From positions 76,458 to 140,457 of the forward strand of contig PCWQ01000012.1 of NCBI GenBank assembly GCA_002787405.1: DNA of 64,000 nucleotides, written 5' to 3'. The notes beneath the pieces are model-generated. The model worked only from the letters and a program-made list of their open reading frames with translations. It was not told the origin of the DNA and did not search any database. How positions within the stretch are numbered: the first letter of the stretch is position 1; every line of letters starts with the position of its first letter. Shown piece after piece: positions 1-9,148 of this stretch. This stretch comes from Candidatus Komeilibacteria bacterium CG11_big_fil_rev_8_21_14_0_20_36_20. Lineage in GTDB: Bacteria; Patescibacteriota; Patescibacteriia; UBA1558; GWA2-36-10. The translations under genes were made by a program, and so were the position numbers.

Positions 1-2490
1 AGTCACCCCATAAATTATTTTGGCCTGATGCATAGTCGCCCGATTATGAGTAATGGCAATAAATTGTGTTTTAGAAGAGAGCTCCTCTAAAATTTTGACA
101 AAACGGATGGAGTTGTGTTCATCAAGAGCGGCGTCAACCTCATCTAAGACCACAAAAGGTGAAGGATTGTTGGCGATAATAGCACAAATCAGAGCGATGG
201 AAGTTAGTGCTTTTTCTCCGCCGGAAAGCATATTGATGTTAGATAATTTTTTACCAGACGGCACAGCTTTAATATCAATACCATAGCTTCGCTTAGCTGG
301 AATATTTCCCTGGCTTTCTACTTCTTCATTTTCATCTTCTGTCGCTGTTTCTTCAATAATATTTAAAATTAATTCAGCCCGACCGCCATCAAATAACTTT
401 TTGAAATATTTGTCAAACAATTTATTAATGTTACGGAACGAAGCATCAAATTGAGAGGAAATTGACTGATCTAGATCTTTAATCAGTTTTTCTAAATGAT
501 TAATTGCCTTATCCAAATCATCAGTCTGTTCTTTCAAAAAATCATATCTTTCTTTAACTTCTTTATATTCTTCTACCACAGTTTGATCAATGCCACCGAT
601 AATCTGTAATTGATTCTTAGTATTATTTATTTTCTGGCGAGTTTCTTCTAAATCAATCCGACTTACTTTGTCTTTGATCTTAAAATCAAGACACTCTTCT
701 TTGATTTCTTTATTTAAATCTTCCTGTTTAGTCTCTAAGCGAGCCAAAACAACTTTCAGATTGTTGAGTTCATTATTTTTTAGGTTAAACTCCTGTTGAA
801 CCTGACGAAATTTTTTCTGAGCTTGCACTAGCACCTGCTTTTTGCCCTCCTCCTCTTTGTTGAATGACTGAATTTGTTTTTTTAGCTCCTCAATCTCTTG
901 ATTTTTAACGTCAATTTGATCCTGCAAAACTTTCTGTTCCTTAACCAACTCCTCACCGCTTGATAGATTGTCTAAAAATTGATTATTTGACTCCAATCTA
1001 GTCAACTCTAAGTCATCCCTATTCAACTGTGACTCCAATTGAGCAATATCATTCTCCAATAAAACTAACTTGACTCGCAAATCATTAATTTGGTTGGTTA
1101 AGTCATCTCGCCCTTTAAGTAAGCGGCTAAATTCTCGGCTCAAATCATGCTTCCCTTCTGCTTCGGCTTTGCTAAATTTCTGCCACAGCGATTCAATAAG
1201 CTTCGTAATTTGAGCGCAAACTTTTTTGAGTTTAGATAAGTCTTCAAGTGTCTGAATTTGGTCAAAATCTTCCTCAAATCTCTGCTGCTCCTTAAAAATT
1301 TTATTCAATTCACCAGATAATTCTACTGTTGACAAATCAACTTGCTCGGCTTTAGTTAATTCTCTCTCCACTATTCTAAAACTATCTAAAACAACTTTCT
1401 GCTTTTCTTTTAATAAAGCTTGTTCTTTTTTAAGCTTACTTAAACTCTTCTTTTTATCACTTAATAATAAATTATTTTTATCTATTTGATTTTTCAAATC
1501 ATCAATCCTCTTATTCAACCAGACCAAGTCGCTCTGGCCCCGGGCAATTAACTCTAAATCTGATCGACCCTCCAAAATAGTCTTTTCTTTTAGTAAACTA
1601 TTTAATTCATTTTGGAGTTGACTTAATTTATTCTGTAATAACTCAAAACTTTCCTGTCGAGAAACAGTCTGCTCACCTTTATCCAATTGCGTCTGTAATT
1701 CTATCAGCTGTTGATTTAAATTAGAAACCTCTTGCTGTAAACCCTCAAATTTCTTCTGATTTTCCTGAATATCTTGATTTAAATTATTACCCAAAAAACT
1801 ATAATATTCTGTCTGTAATTCCTTAAGAACACCCTCTAGTCTTTCCCGTTTTTCTAACTTATTAACCTGACGAGTCAAGCCGCGTAATCGTGGCTCAAGC
1901 TCAGAAAAAATCTGACTGCTTTGCTCTAAATTTCTTTTCGTATTAGTCAGCTTGTTAATTGACTGCTCTTTTTTAATTTGAAACTGTCGGACTCCGGTGG
2001 CTTCATCAAAAAACTCTTTTCGTTCAGTCGAAGACCTAGTTAAAATGGAATCAATCATGCCTTGGCCAATAACGCTATAAGTTTTCTGGCCAAAATTAGC
2101 GCGAGCTAACAAAAGCTGCACATCCAGTAATCTAACTTTATTATTATTAATTAAATATTCACTTTCACCCTTGCGATCAATTCGACGACTCACAATAATC
2201 TGATCATAATCAATACCACCCGCATGATCTCTATTATCCAGATAAAGCTCAACTCTGGCCCAACCTAGGCGCCCTTTTTTATCAGAACCAGCAAAAATTA
2301 CATCCTCCGACTTTTTCCCGCGCAAAACTTTAGTGCTTTGTTCTCCTAAAACCCATCGCACTGCATCAGTAATATTAGATTTACCCGAACCATTAGGGCC
2401 GACAATGGCCGTCAATTCCCGATTAAAAACCAACCCTGCCGGTTTGGCAAAAGATTTAAAACCTTGAATTTCTAATTTCTCTAAATACAT
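1..2490 (-). CDS. smc: Chromosome segregation protein SMC. The N-terminus starts at 2490 and the C-terminus runs off the window edge, so the gene is partial.
   Basis: Reverse translation from 2490 gives MYLEKLEIQGFKSFAKP...VGPNGSGKSNITDA, a Walker A motif. Near the window start, LSGGEKALTSIALICAI and DEVDAALDE give the ABC signature and Walker B. The long coiled-coil codon pattern lies between them. It is absent from the ORF track because it is open-ended. Confidence 0.85.
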   Translation of the reverse strand, partial: MYLEKLEIQGFKSFAKPAGLVFNRELTAIVGPNGSGKSNITDAVRWVLGEQSTKVLRGKKSEDVIFAGSDKKGRLGWARVELYLDNRDHAGGIDYDQIIVSRRIDRKGESEYLINNNKVRLLDVQLLLARANFGQKTYSVIGQGMIDSILTRSSTERKEFFDEATGVRQFQIKKEQSINKLTNTKRNLEQSSQIFSELEPRLRGLTRQVNKLEKRERLEGVLKELQTEYYSFLGNNLNQDIQENQKKFEGLQQEVSNLNQQLIELQTQLDKGEQTVSRQESFELLQNKLSQLQNELNSLLKEKTILEGRSDLELIARGQSDLVWLNKRIDDLKNQIDKNNLLLSDKKKSLSKLKKEQALLKEKQKVVLDSFRIVERELTKAEQVDLSTVELSGELNKIFKEQQRFEEDFDQIQTLEDLSKLKKVCAQITKLIESLWQKFSKAEAEGKHDLSREFSRLLKGRDDLTNQINDLRVKLVLLENDIAQLESQLNRDDLELTRLESNNQFLDNLSSGEELVKEQKVLQDQIDVKNQEIEELKKQIQSFNKEEEGKKQVLVQAQKKFRQVQQEFNLKNNELNNLKVVLARLETKQEDLNKEIKEECLDFKIKDKVSRIDLEETRQKINNTKNQLQIIGGIDQTVVEEYKEVKERYDFLKEQTDDLDKAINHLEKLIKDLDQSISSQFDASFRNINKLFDKYFKKLFDGGRAELILNIIEETATEDENEEVESQGNIPAKRSYGIDIKAVPSGKKLSNINMLSGGEKALTSIALICAIIANNPSPFVVLDEVDAALDEHNSIRFVKILEELSSKTQFIAITHNRATMHQAKIIYGVT

Positions 2491-2560
2491 ATAAAAAAAT
2501 AATGTCTGACTAAGACATTAATATTTTAACACATTTTATCACTTAAATAAATGTTGTTGG

Positions 2561-3256
2561 CTACTGCCATTTCTTAATTTTTAAACCATTGGCCGCCGCA
2601 TCAGTTTGAGCTTCTTGTTTGCTATATCCCTTACCTTTGGCGATCAAATTCTTATCCAAATAAATACCCACCACAAATTTTTTATTATGATCAGGGCCAG
2701 TTTCAGATAAAACTTTATAATAAGGAGTAAGGCCTAAAACTTCCTGCGCTTTTTCCTGAAACCTACTTTTAGAATCTATATAAGAGCCATCATTTATAAT
2801 TTTATCTAAATGAATGATAAGATTCTTCCTAATAAATTTCTCGGCTACTTTATAACCTCCATCGAGATAAATAGCCCCGACAATGGCTTCAAAGGCATTA
2901 GCTAAGATATAGTGGCGTGCTTTTTCATTATTGTCTTTGGCTTCCCCTCGACTCAAATATAAAAAATTATAAAACCCTAAATCTTCCGCCTGCTCAGCCA
3001 AGCGAGCTGCATTGACCAAACTAGAACGCCAGTTAGTGAGCGTGCCTTCCGGATCTTTATAATTTTGGAAAAGATAATCTGTCACTACCAACTCTAAAAC
3101 CGCATCGCCTAAAAACTCTAGACGCTCATTATGATCTAAGAAAAAATTTTTATGCTCATTGAGATAAGAGCGATGAACTAGGGCCATTTTTAATAAATTT
3201 TTATCTTTAAAACTTACCCCTAATATCTCCTCTAAATTTTCTAATACTTTGTTCAT
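2561..3256 (-). CDS. rnc: Ribonuclease III
   Basis: The RNase III signature ERLEFLGDAVLELVVTDYLF is present. A C-terminal dsRBD-like tail ends in GKGYSKQEAQTDAA. Confidence 0.92.
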   Translation of the reverse strand: MNKVLENLEEILGVSFKDKNLLKMALVHRSYLNEHKNFFLDHNERLEFLGDAVLELVVTDYLFQNYKDPEGTLTNWRSSLVNAARLAEQAEDLGFYNFLYLSRGEAKDNNEKARHYILANAFEAIVGAIYLDGGYKVAEKFIRKNLIIHLDKIINDGSYIDSKSRFQEKAQEVLGLTPYYKVLSETGPDHNKKFVVGIYLDKNLIAKGKGYSKQEAQTDAAANGLKIKKWQ

Positions 3257-3304
3257 CTTGCTATTATACTCCTATTAAAATTTTAAAATTTCTAATGGGT
3301 TTTA

Positions 3305-4168
3305 TTATTCTATCTCTAATTTTTTTAAGGCCTCTTTAAAAATATCTTTAGCATTTTCATATCCTAGTGCCTCTAGTGCCTCTTTTTTGGAAAACCACTT
3401 AACATCTTTTACCTCTTCTGTAATCGGCTTTTGGATTTCCGTATTAGTGGTTTTAATTAAAAAATATTTTATTAACTTCCGAAATGGTTTTTCTTCAGGC
3501 TTATGAACCTTAACTTGGGTCTCACCTAAATAATCAATAACCTCCAAATTTTTCAAGCCGGTTTCCTCGGTTAATTCGCGCAAAGCTGTCTTTTCTAACT
3601 CTTCTCCTTGCTCTACATGACCCTTTGGAAAAGTCCACTTGTTATAAGCATCTAAAATCAAAACAAAATAATAACCATCTTCAGCTTGGCGGTAAATTAA
3701 ACCACCTGATGAAATTTCTTTAATCCCTTGGCTTTCTAAGCTTTGTTTCTCACCCTTTTTAGCCATCTCTTTATAAATACTGCCTAAAACTCCGTTAACA
3801 AATTTACCACTGGAATCCCCACCAAAGGCCTTGGCTAATTCTATAGCCTCATTAATTGCCACCTTAGGTGGAATTTCTTGAGAGATTTTCAACTCATAGG
3901 CACCAATCCGCAGAACATTGCGATCAGTGGTGATAATCTGATCCAATGGCCATTCTGGAGCAAATTTAACAATTAGCGCATCAATTTTTTCTTTATTTTT
4001 AATTACTGCTTGCGCTAAATTTAAAGCAAAGTCCTGATCGTCAAAATCAGGAGCAAATTCTTTTTTGTTTTGCCTAATCAGCTCTTTGATATCTCGCTGG
4101 CCGTTATTAAAATCCCACTCAAAAAGAGCCTGCAAGGCAATGGTTCTAGCTAGATGTCGATTGGCCAT
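3305..4168 (-). CDS. nusB: NusB transcription antitermination factor fused to a C-terminal NUDIX hydrolase domain
   Basis: The N-terminal ~140 aa are NusB-like (LARTIALQALFEWDF...VNGVLGSIYKE). The C-terminal half carries a canonical Nudix box, GHVEQGEELEKTALRELTEETG. Confidence 0.75.
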   Translation of the reverse strand: MANRHLARTIALQALFEWDFNNGQRDIKELIRQNKKEFAPDFDDQDFALNLAQAVIKNKEKIDALIVKFAPEWPLDQIITTDRNVLRIGAYELKISQEIPPKVAINEAIELAKAFGGDSSGKFVNGVLGSIYKEMAKKGEKQSLESQGIKEISSGGLIYRQAEDGYYFVLILDAYNKWTFPKGHVEQGEELEKTALRELTEETGLKNLEVIDYLGETQVKVHKPEEKPFRKLIKYFLIKTTNTEIQKPITEEVKDVKWFSKKEALEALGYENAKDIFKEALKKLEIE

Positions 4169-4174
4169 TCTTTA

Positions 4175-4366
4175 TTACTTGTTTACTCCGCCTTTGGCGG
4201 TAATTTTTTTCTCCCCTTTATAATAACCGCATTTCGGACAAGCGCGATGCGGTAATAAACTAGTGCCGCAATTTGAACATTTCACTATGCTTGGTTTATG
4301 TAAAGCAAAATGCGAAGCTCTGCGTCGGGCTGATGATTTAGTTCTTTTTTGTGTAGGAGTTCCCAT
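4175..4366 (-). CDS. rpmF: 50S ribosomal protein L32
   Basis: This 63-aa basic protein has a CxxC...CxxC zinc ribbon (CSNCGTSLLPHRACPKCGYY), typical of L32. Confidence 0.85.
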   Translation of the reverse strand: MGTPTQKRTKSSARRRASHFALHKPSIVKCSNCGTSLLPHRACPKCGYYKGEKKITAKGGVNK

Positions 4367-4555
4367 AATTTTTTACAAATTAAGTGCTTCTGATGTTACC
4401 TTAAAAACACTTTATAGTCAAGATACGCTGGCTACGGAAGATCTACAGATAAGTATAAAAATCAAGCTTATTATAACAATTTTATTAGGACTTGACAAGA
4501 ACATCAAGATATGATATCATAATTTATTCCAAAATAAAAACAAATATACAAAAAT

Positions 4556-4700
4556 ATGTTCCCTGACAACTGTGTCCACGACAAGCATGGGGATCATTCT
4601 TTAGATTTAATTTGGCTCAGGCTCAATTTTTTCAGAAAATGATTTTCTTGGACACAGTTGTTTGGGAATATAAAACCCCTGTTATAAAGGGGTTTTTTAT
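4556..4700. ncRNA. Candidate structured RNA or leader: a long imperfect inverted repeat followed by an intrinsic terminator
   Basis: CCCTGACAACTGTGTCCA (4561-4578) pairs with TGGACACAGTTGTTTGGG (4649-4666) with 16 of 18 bp matching. Internal small hairpins are present. CCCCTgttataaAGGGG plus a T-run lies at 4676-4700. Confidence 0.2.
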
Positions 4701-4701
4701 T

Positions 4702-6567
4702 TTATAAATCTTCTGGAGTAGAGCTGGCTTGTTCTGCTAATAATTCTTCCTCGGTCACGCCAAGCAAACAAACCTCCTGCCAAGGAATATAATGGCTATA
4801 AAAAGTTTCCTGCCTTGGTTCATTTTCATCTGAGTGATAAACAGTATAATCAAATTTAGCATCGGCTCCATTATGCGCTCTTTCAGTACATTTTTCTTGG
4901 CCAATCGGCAAATCAGTTGTCTTTACTATTTTTTTTGGTGGTGGCGCAACAATATTATAAATAATCGGACTAGTAGTAGTAGCGGTGCGACCATCCGAAG
5001 TGCCCCAGAAGTCAAAATATAAATCATTATCTTCAATACGCGTCTGTAGCAAAATATAATGCCCAGTGTCATTCAAAAATTTAAAATCAGGCCAGGGATT
5101 ATAAATTGTAGCATCAGTACCGGCCGGTTCATAATAAGACACCCGATAAGAATGATTGCGTCGTTCTATAATCGGCAAACCCGTACTTAAGGCGCCGCGA
5201 AACATAGTGGTACCAATCTGACATAAACCACCGCCATATTCTGGAACAGTTTCATTGCCCTTAATAACCAATTCCTGTTTATAGCCATGCTCCCCATCAA
5301 TTTCACCTAAAGCTGTAACCAAAGAGAATTCTTGATCCGGGGCAATCAACAAACCATTTAAAGTGTCGCCGCCTATTCCAATATTGTGAACTCTGTTGGG
5401 CGGACTATATTGAAAATTAGAATGCCCTATGCCTATAATCTCTTTAATGCCAAGATTATTAACATCCTGATTTTTAACTTTAGCTCCAATAACATCAACT
5501 GCTAAATCCACCTTCGATCTATCAACTTGATTAAGAGCTTGCTCTAAAAGATAGAGTGTGTTCTCTATATTAATAACTCGACCGTCCTGACTATTAGTAA
5601 ATTCATCCACCCGACCGTCAACTAGTTTAAATCTAGCATCTTGAACTGATACTTCCACTTCATTTTTTATTTCAGCTGTCTCTAAATACTTCTCAAATAA
5701 TGGCAAATCCAAACCAACATAAGAACCATTGACTCCCATTTTAACTTTTAACCACGTCCGCCAAATCTCATTTGGCACTTCCCAGTTTTTCCCTTCAAAA
5801 CTCAGTTGAAAATCTCCCTTTTGAATAAAATATAAAATTTCCTGTTTTTTGGAGTTAATCAAAGCCGCCGTAATCACCGGCTGATCTTCAACTGTCTGCA
5901 AATTTATATCTTTATTAATCAAATTCTTAATTTGCTCGGCGGTATCATCCATGGCTCGGTGGTAATCAAAAGTAAGGCCAATTTGCTCCGGCACAACTTT
6001 TAAACTATTATCTATGATCTCAAAACTGGCCTCTGCTTTATCCATTAACAACCCTTTTAAATTACTAATCAATATTTCCAGATGCTGTTTCTGATCCCAA
6101 CTGTATTGCAACTCAAAATTACTGCCATTGGATAATGTTTTAATTTTACTAATTAAGTTACTTAAATGATTGTTGGATTGTTTTTTTTCTATAGCACCTA
6201 AGGTCTTATCTATTTCCCAATAAACCAAAGGATAGGAAGTGTCCGCCGATTCTATAGCCGGCACGTTAGGATAAATGACTACTGTTTTATCCGGAGTATT
6301 ATAGACAAATCCGCGACGACTAATAAAATCAATCCGCTGATTTATTTTCTCCTTAGCTTGTTCAAAATCTAAATTACCGATGTCTACTCCGGCTACTTCG
6401 GTGCCTTTAAGAAAAATCCCGTTATATTTACTGTTAATTGTAGCGTTAGCCGTTAAAACCGAAAGCCAAAGCACAATAAAAAGGGCCATTATCAGCAATG
6501 ACCACTTTAAGATAACGAAATGTTTTATATTAAGAAAAAAATTCTTTATTTTATCCATCTTTTTCAC
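4702..6567 (-). CDS. VanW-family membrane-anchored protein
   Basis: An N-terminal TM helix is present. The VanW core motif PEYGGGLCQIGTTMFRGA is near the C-terminus. Confidence 0.8.
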   Translation of the reverse strand: MKKMDKIKNFFLNIKHFVILKWSLLIMALFIVLWLSVLTANATINSKYNGIFLKGTEVAGVDIGNLDFEQAKEKINQRIDFISRRGFVYNTPDKTVVIYPNVPAIESADTSYPLVYWEIDKTLGAIEKKQSNNHLSNLISKIKTLSNGSNFELQYSWDQKQHLEILISNLKGLLMDKAEASFEIIDNSLKVVPEQIGLTFDYHRAMDDTAEQIKNLINKDINLQTVEDQPVITAALINSKKQEILYFIQKGDFQLSFEGKNWEVPNEIWRTWLKVKMGVNGSYVGLDLPLFEKYLETAEIKNEVEVSVQDARFKLVDGRVDEFTNSQDGRVINIENTLYLLEQALNQVDRSKVDLAVDVIGAKVKNQDVNNLGIKEIIGIGHSNFQYSPPNRVHNIGIGGDTLNGLLIAPDQEFSLVTALGEIDGEHGYKQELVIKGNETVPEYGGGLCQIGTTMFRGALSTGLPIIERRNHSYRVSYYEPAGTDATIYNPWPDFKFLNDTGHYILLQTRIEDNDLYFDFWGTSDGRTATTTSPIIYNIVAPPPKKIVKTTDLPIGQEKCTERAHNGADAKFDYTVYHSDENEPRQETFYSHYIPWQEVCLLGVTEEELLAEQASSTPEDL

Positions 6568-6778
6568 TATCTAAAAGTTCATTGAGAATCTTTTTTTGAT
6601 TCTCGTCAGAAGAAACTAGTGGTTTATAGTCAATACTTAAATACACCTTCTTATCTCTTTCTTTAAAATCATCTGCTAGATAATCAGTAATCACCACCTC
6701 AGCACCCGCATCGGCTTTCAAAAATACTTTTTCGTCTTCCTGACGGTCAAATTTTAATTCTAAATTTCTAACTATCAT
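6551..6778 (-). CDS. Hypothetical small acidic protein
   Basis: A 75-aa ORF sits between hsp20 and the VanW gene and overlaps the VanW start by 17 nt. No recognisable motif. Confidence 0.3.
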   Translation of the reverse strand: MIVRNLELKFDRQEDEKVFLKADAGAEVVITDYLADDFKERDKKVYLSIDYKPLVSSDENQKKILNELLDSEKDG

Positions 6779-6786
6779 AATAAAAA

Positions 6787-7290
6787 TTAATTCTCGTCTT
6801 CCACCTGAATATCAATATCCTGCTTTTTTGTTTTAGGTAAACTAATGGTTAAAATGCCGTTACGAATGGTGGCTTTAATTTTTTCTTCCATAACATCTAC
6901 CGGCAAAATAATAGAGCGAGAAAAACTCCCCCAATAACATTCCTGATAAAAATAATCTTCCTCTCTAATAGTTAAATCTTTTCTGCGCTTACCCCGAATT
7001 GTAATCATATCATTATCAAAAGTAATATCAATGTCCTCTGGCTCTACTCCGGCAATGGTAGACTTAATAATAATGTTATTTTTATCCTGATAAACATCAA
7101 CTGACAATTGCCCTTCTTCTTCTAACTCATCTGTTTCACCAGCCAAATCATCCCAAGATTCTTCGCTAAACTTAATTTCTTGTTCTTGATCCTCTTCTTT
7201 TTTTTCTTGCCTGTCGGTCTTCGACTCTGAGGGATGAGCCCTCAGGCTCAGACTCGAATGAGCAGATAGGGTTTTTTTCTTTTTAACCAT
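6787..7290 (-). CDS. Hsp20/alpha-crystallin small heat-shock protein with an acidic N-terminal extension
   Basis: An alpha-crystallin-domain pattern, ITFDNDMITIRGKRR...GSFSRSIILP...GILTISLPK, is present. Confidence 0.85.
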   Translation of the reverse strand: MVKKKKTLSAHSSLSLRAHPSESKTDRQEKKEEDQEQEIKFSEESWDDLAGETDELEEEGQLSVDVYQDKNNIIIKSTIAGVEPEDIDITFDNDMITIRGKRRKDLTIREEDYFYQECYWGSFSRSIILPVDVMEEKIKATIRNGILTISLPKTKKQDIDIQVEDEN

Positions 7291-7389
7291 ATTCTTGAGT
7301 TAAATTAATGACAACTTGTTTATATTATAAAATTTTATAGTCCTTTTGTAAAGAAACTTAAAAAAAATAGCTCCCAACTATTTAGGTTT

Positions 7390-7896
7390 TTATTTAATTA
7401 TATAAAGATATATGGTTCGTCTATTTTGGACTTTATCTATCTGATCAGGTTGCCAGTCTTCAAAAGGCCAAACATAGGCAATAACTTTTGTGCCTGGTTT
7501 TAATTCTTTTTGTAATTTTTTCTTGAGTTTAGGGTAAATACGAGGTATTAAAAAAAAGAAAACCACATCGGCTTCAGATAAATCAACCCACCAAAAGTCC
7601 CTAAATTTTATCGTGATTTTTGTTTTATTAAACAACTGTCTTACTTTGGCGATAGCATAGGGTAATAATGATATTTCAAAGCCCTTTGCTTTAGCTCCTT
7701 GTCTGGCAGCAGTAAAGAGTAATTTACCATCGCCACATCCTAGATCATAAACTTTTTGTCCAGCTTGGATGTTGGCCAATTTTAAAAATCTTTCCAAATC
7801 CTTGCTCTGCATCGGCACCCAGGAAATCGCCCTAAAAATAGAATAGAAAAAAGTCAGTAAAATTAAAAAAAGAAGGATTAATAGAAAAATATACAT
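7390..7896 (-). CDS. Class I SAM-dependent methyltransferase with an N-terminal TM helix
   Basis: Motif I VYDLGCGDGKL and motif post-I (GFEIS) are present. The N-terminus is hydrophobic. Confidence 0.65.
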   Translation of the reverse strand: MYIFLLILLFLILLTFFYSIFRAISWVPMQSKDLERFLKLANIQAGQKVYDLGCGDGKLLFTAARQGAKAKGFEISLLPYAIAKVRQLFNKTKITIKFRDFWWVDLSEADVVFFFLIPRIYPKLKKKLQKELKPGTKVIAYVWPFEDWQPDQIDKVQNRRTIYLYIIK

Positions 7897-7924
7897 TTTA
7901 ATAATTTCTAAATAAGCTGACGAA

Positions 7925-8001
7925 TGGTGGACGCGAGGGGACTTGAACCTCTGACCTCCACGATGTCAACGTGGCACTCTAACCAGCTGAGCTACGCGTC
8001 C
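7925..8001 (-). tRNA. tRNA-Val (GAC)
   Basis: Reverse complement is GGACGCGTAGCTCAGCTGGTTAGAGTGCCACGTTGACATCGTGG...GGTTCAAGTCCCCTCGCGTCCACCA. It folds as a cloverleaf, the anticodon loop TTGACAT gives GAC, and the 3' CCA is encoded. Confidence 0.9.
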
Positions 8002-8027
8002 TAAAAATAATTTTAATGTATAGCAAC

Positions 8028-8095
8028 TCCCTACAACGCCTGCCAAGCTCGCCTTGCGTGGCAGGTGGGTAACCAACTGAGCTACACACCCTTGA
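8028..8095 (-). pseudogene. tRNA-like 5' fragment (acceptor plus D-arm only), probably a tRNA remnant
   Basis: Reverse complement begins GGGTGTGTAGCTCAGTTGGTTA, a canonical tRNA 5' acceptor and D-arm. No matching anticodon arm, T-arm or 3' acceptor follows. It is followed by the hairpin CCTGCCacgcaaggcgagctTGGCAGG. Confidence 0.3.
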
Positions 8096-8205
8096 TATAT
8101 TATTTACAGTTAAAAGTATAACAAATTGAAAAAAATTGTCTACTAAAAATTTTAAACATCAAAAAATCGCCAACTTCAGCGATTATTTTATTTATACGTA
8201 AATGG

Positions 8206-8406
8206 TTGCGCCAACCGAGTTATGAATGCCCTTCGACTACGCTCACTCGAGACATTCGATTCTTGATGAATAAGTGGTTGGAGGCGCTGGAAGCGCTGGA
8301 AACCATGAGTGAGTCCCGCATAGCGGGACGAATCGAATGGTACGGCCTAGTGAAGGAAGTTCAAACCTTTTACAGAATTAGGCATCAGAAAATTTTAATT
8401 CATTAA
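8206..8406 (+). other. GC-rich segment that is either a small foreign ORF (66 aa) or a structured RNA
   Basis: GC is locally high. Complementary 10-mers CATTCGATTC (8252-8261) and GAATCGAATG (8330-8339) are present. A hairpin GTCCCGCataGCGGGAC is also present. No convincing SD precedes the ATG. An intrinsic terminator follows at 8481-8512. Confidence 0.2.
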
Positions 8407-8480
8407 TTACCAAAGGTACTTAGAGTATAGCAAGTTGGGATTTATTGTATAGAGGGAATAATTTGCTTAAAAAGACAAAA

Positions 8481-8512
8481 AGAGACTAAAATTTATTCAG
8501 TCTCTTTTTTCA
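8481..8512. terminator. Bidirectional intrinsic terminator
   Basis: AGAGACTaaaatttattcAGTCTCT is followed by TTTTTT, and A-runs lie on the other side. Confidence 0.45.
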
Positions 8513-8530
8513 CGTTGAGGATATATTCTT

Positions 8531-8956
8531 TTAAGCTGTCTGCACGTTGAGGCACTGACGATATTTCAAAGGCTTTGGATGCATTTTAACAAACTCTAAA
8601 AGCACCTTTGGATTACCATCAATCTGAATCTCACGACTATAAATAGTAAGTGATCCATCATGATTGACTCTCAATTTCCAGTATTCATCAAACCCCACAT
8701 AGATGCCCTCTATTTCTCCAAATCTTCGACGGAACATACCACCCAGTCTCAACTTAAAATGAATGATGCCGCCATATATATCCCTATCAGGAGGCCATGG
8801 TCCTCCACAAAGAAATGGACGCTCTAAAGGACGATGATGAGTGTGGCACTTTCCTTCCTTATCAAGAAAAATATCGTATTCACGACCATTACGTATATTC
8901 CTTGGTATAAGGAAATAGCAGGTTCCGACAAAACAGAAAATTGTCAAAATCACCAT
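8531..8956 (-). CDS. Hypothetical membrane protein; GC-rich, probably foreign
   Basis: A 141-aa ORF with an N-terminal TM helix (VILTIFCFVGTCYFLIP) and a basic Cys/His-containing C-terminal domain. Its composition is atypical for this genome. Confidence 0.45.
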   Translation of the reverse strand: MVILTIFCFVGTCYFLIPRNIRNGREYDIFLDKEGKCHTHHRPLERPFLCGGPWPPDRDIYGGIIHFKLRLGGMFRRRFGEIEGIYVGFDEYWKLRVNHDGSLTIYSREIQIDGNPKVLLEFVKMHPKPLKYRQCLNVQTA

Positions 8957-8977
8957 CAGATGATACCAAAATTGTTT

Positions 8978-9148
8978 TCAAATGGGATCGGACTTTAATT
9001 CATCTCCACCAAACCATACCATTAATAAAAGAATGATGGCAACGAAAAGCCACGCTTTCACCGCGTACCAATCAATGTCTTTCCAAAGCGACAGCTTTAA
9101 TTTCATGTGTTCACTTATCTGAACACAATGGGGACAGGATTTCAACAT
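8978..9148 (-). CDS. Small CxxC plus TM protein (56 aa), upstream partner of 8531-8956
   Basis: MLKSCPHCVQISEH...AVKAWLFVAIILLLMVWFGG. A strong SD (GAGGAG) lies 7 nt upstream of the ATG. It sits 21 nt upstream of the next gene. It is not in the ORF track, which appears to omit ORFs under about 60 aa. Confidence 0.4.
   Translation of the reverse strand: MLKSCPHCVQISEHMKLKLSLWKDIDWYAVKAWLFVAIILLLMVWFGGDELKSDPI

Noticed and set aside
4263-4514. An 83-aa plus-strand ORF that overlaps rpmF antisense and the intergenic region.
   Set aside because: It overlaps the well-supported L32 gene on the opposite strand. It has no RBS and an odd composition.
8028-8095. Possible intact second tRNA next to tRNA-Val.
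   Set aside because: Only the first 22 nt (acceptor 5' strand plus D-arm) are tRNA-like. No complementary 3' acceptor strand (CACACCC) or T-arm follows. It is therefore called a remnant rather than a tRNA.
8206-8406. Identification of the GC-rich element as RNase P RNA, tmRNA or SRP RNA.
   Set aside because: I could not find RNase P P4 consensus strings (AGGAAAGTCCGGGC / ACAGAAACCGGCTTA). I could not find the SRP domain IV motif (GGAAGCAGCCA), or the tmRNA tRNA-like ends and tag ORF. The class is left open.
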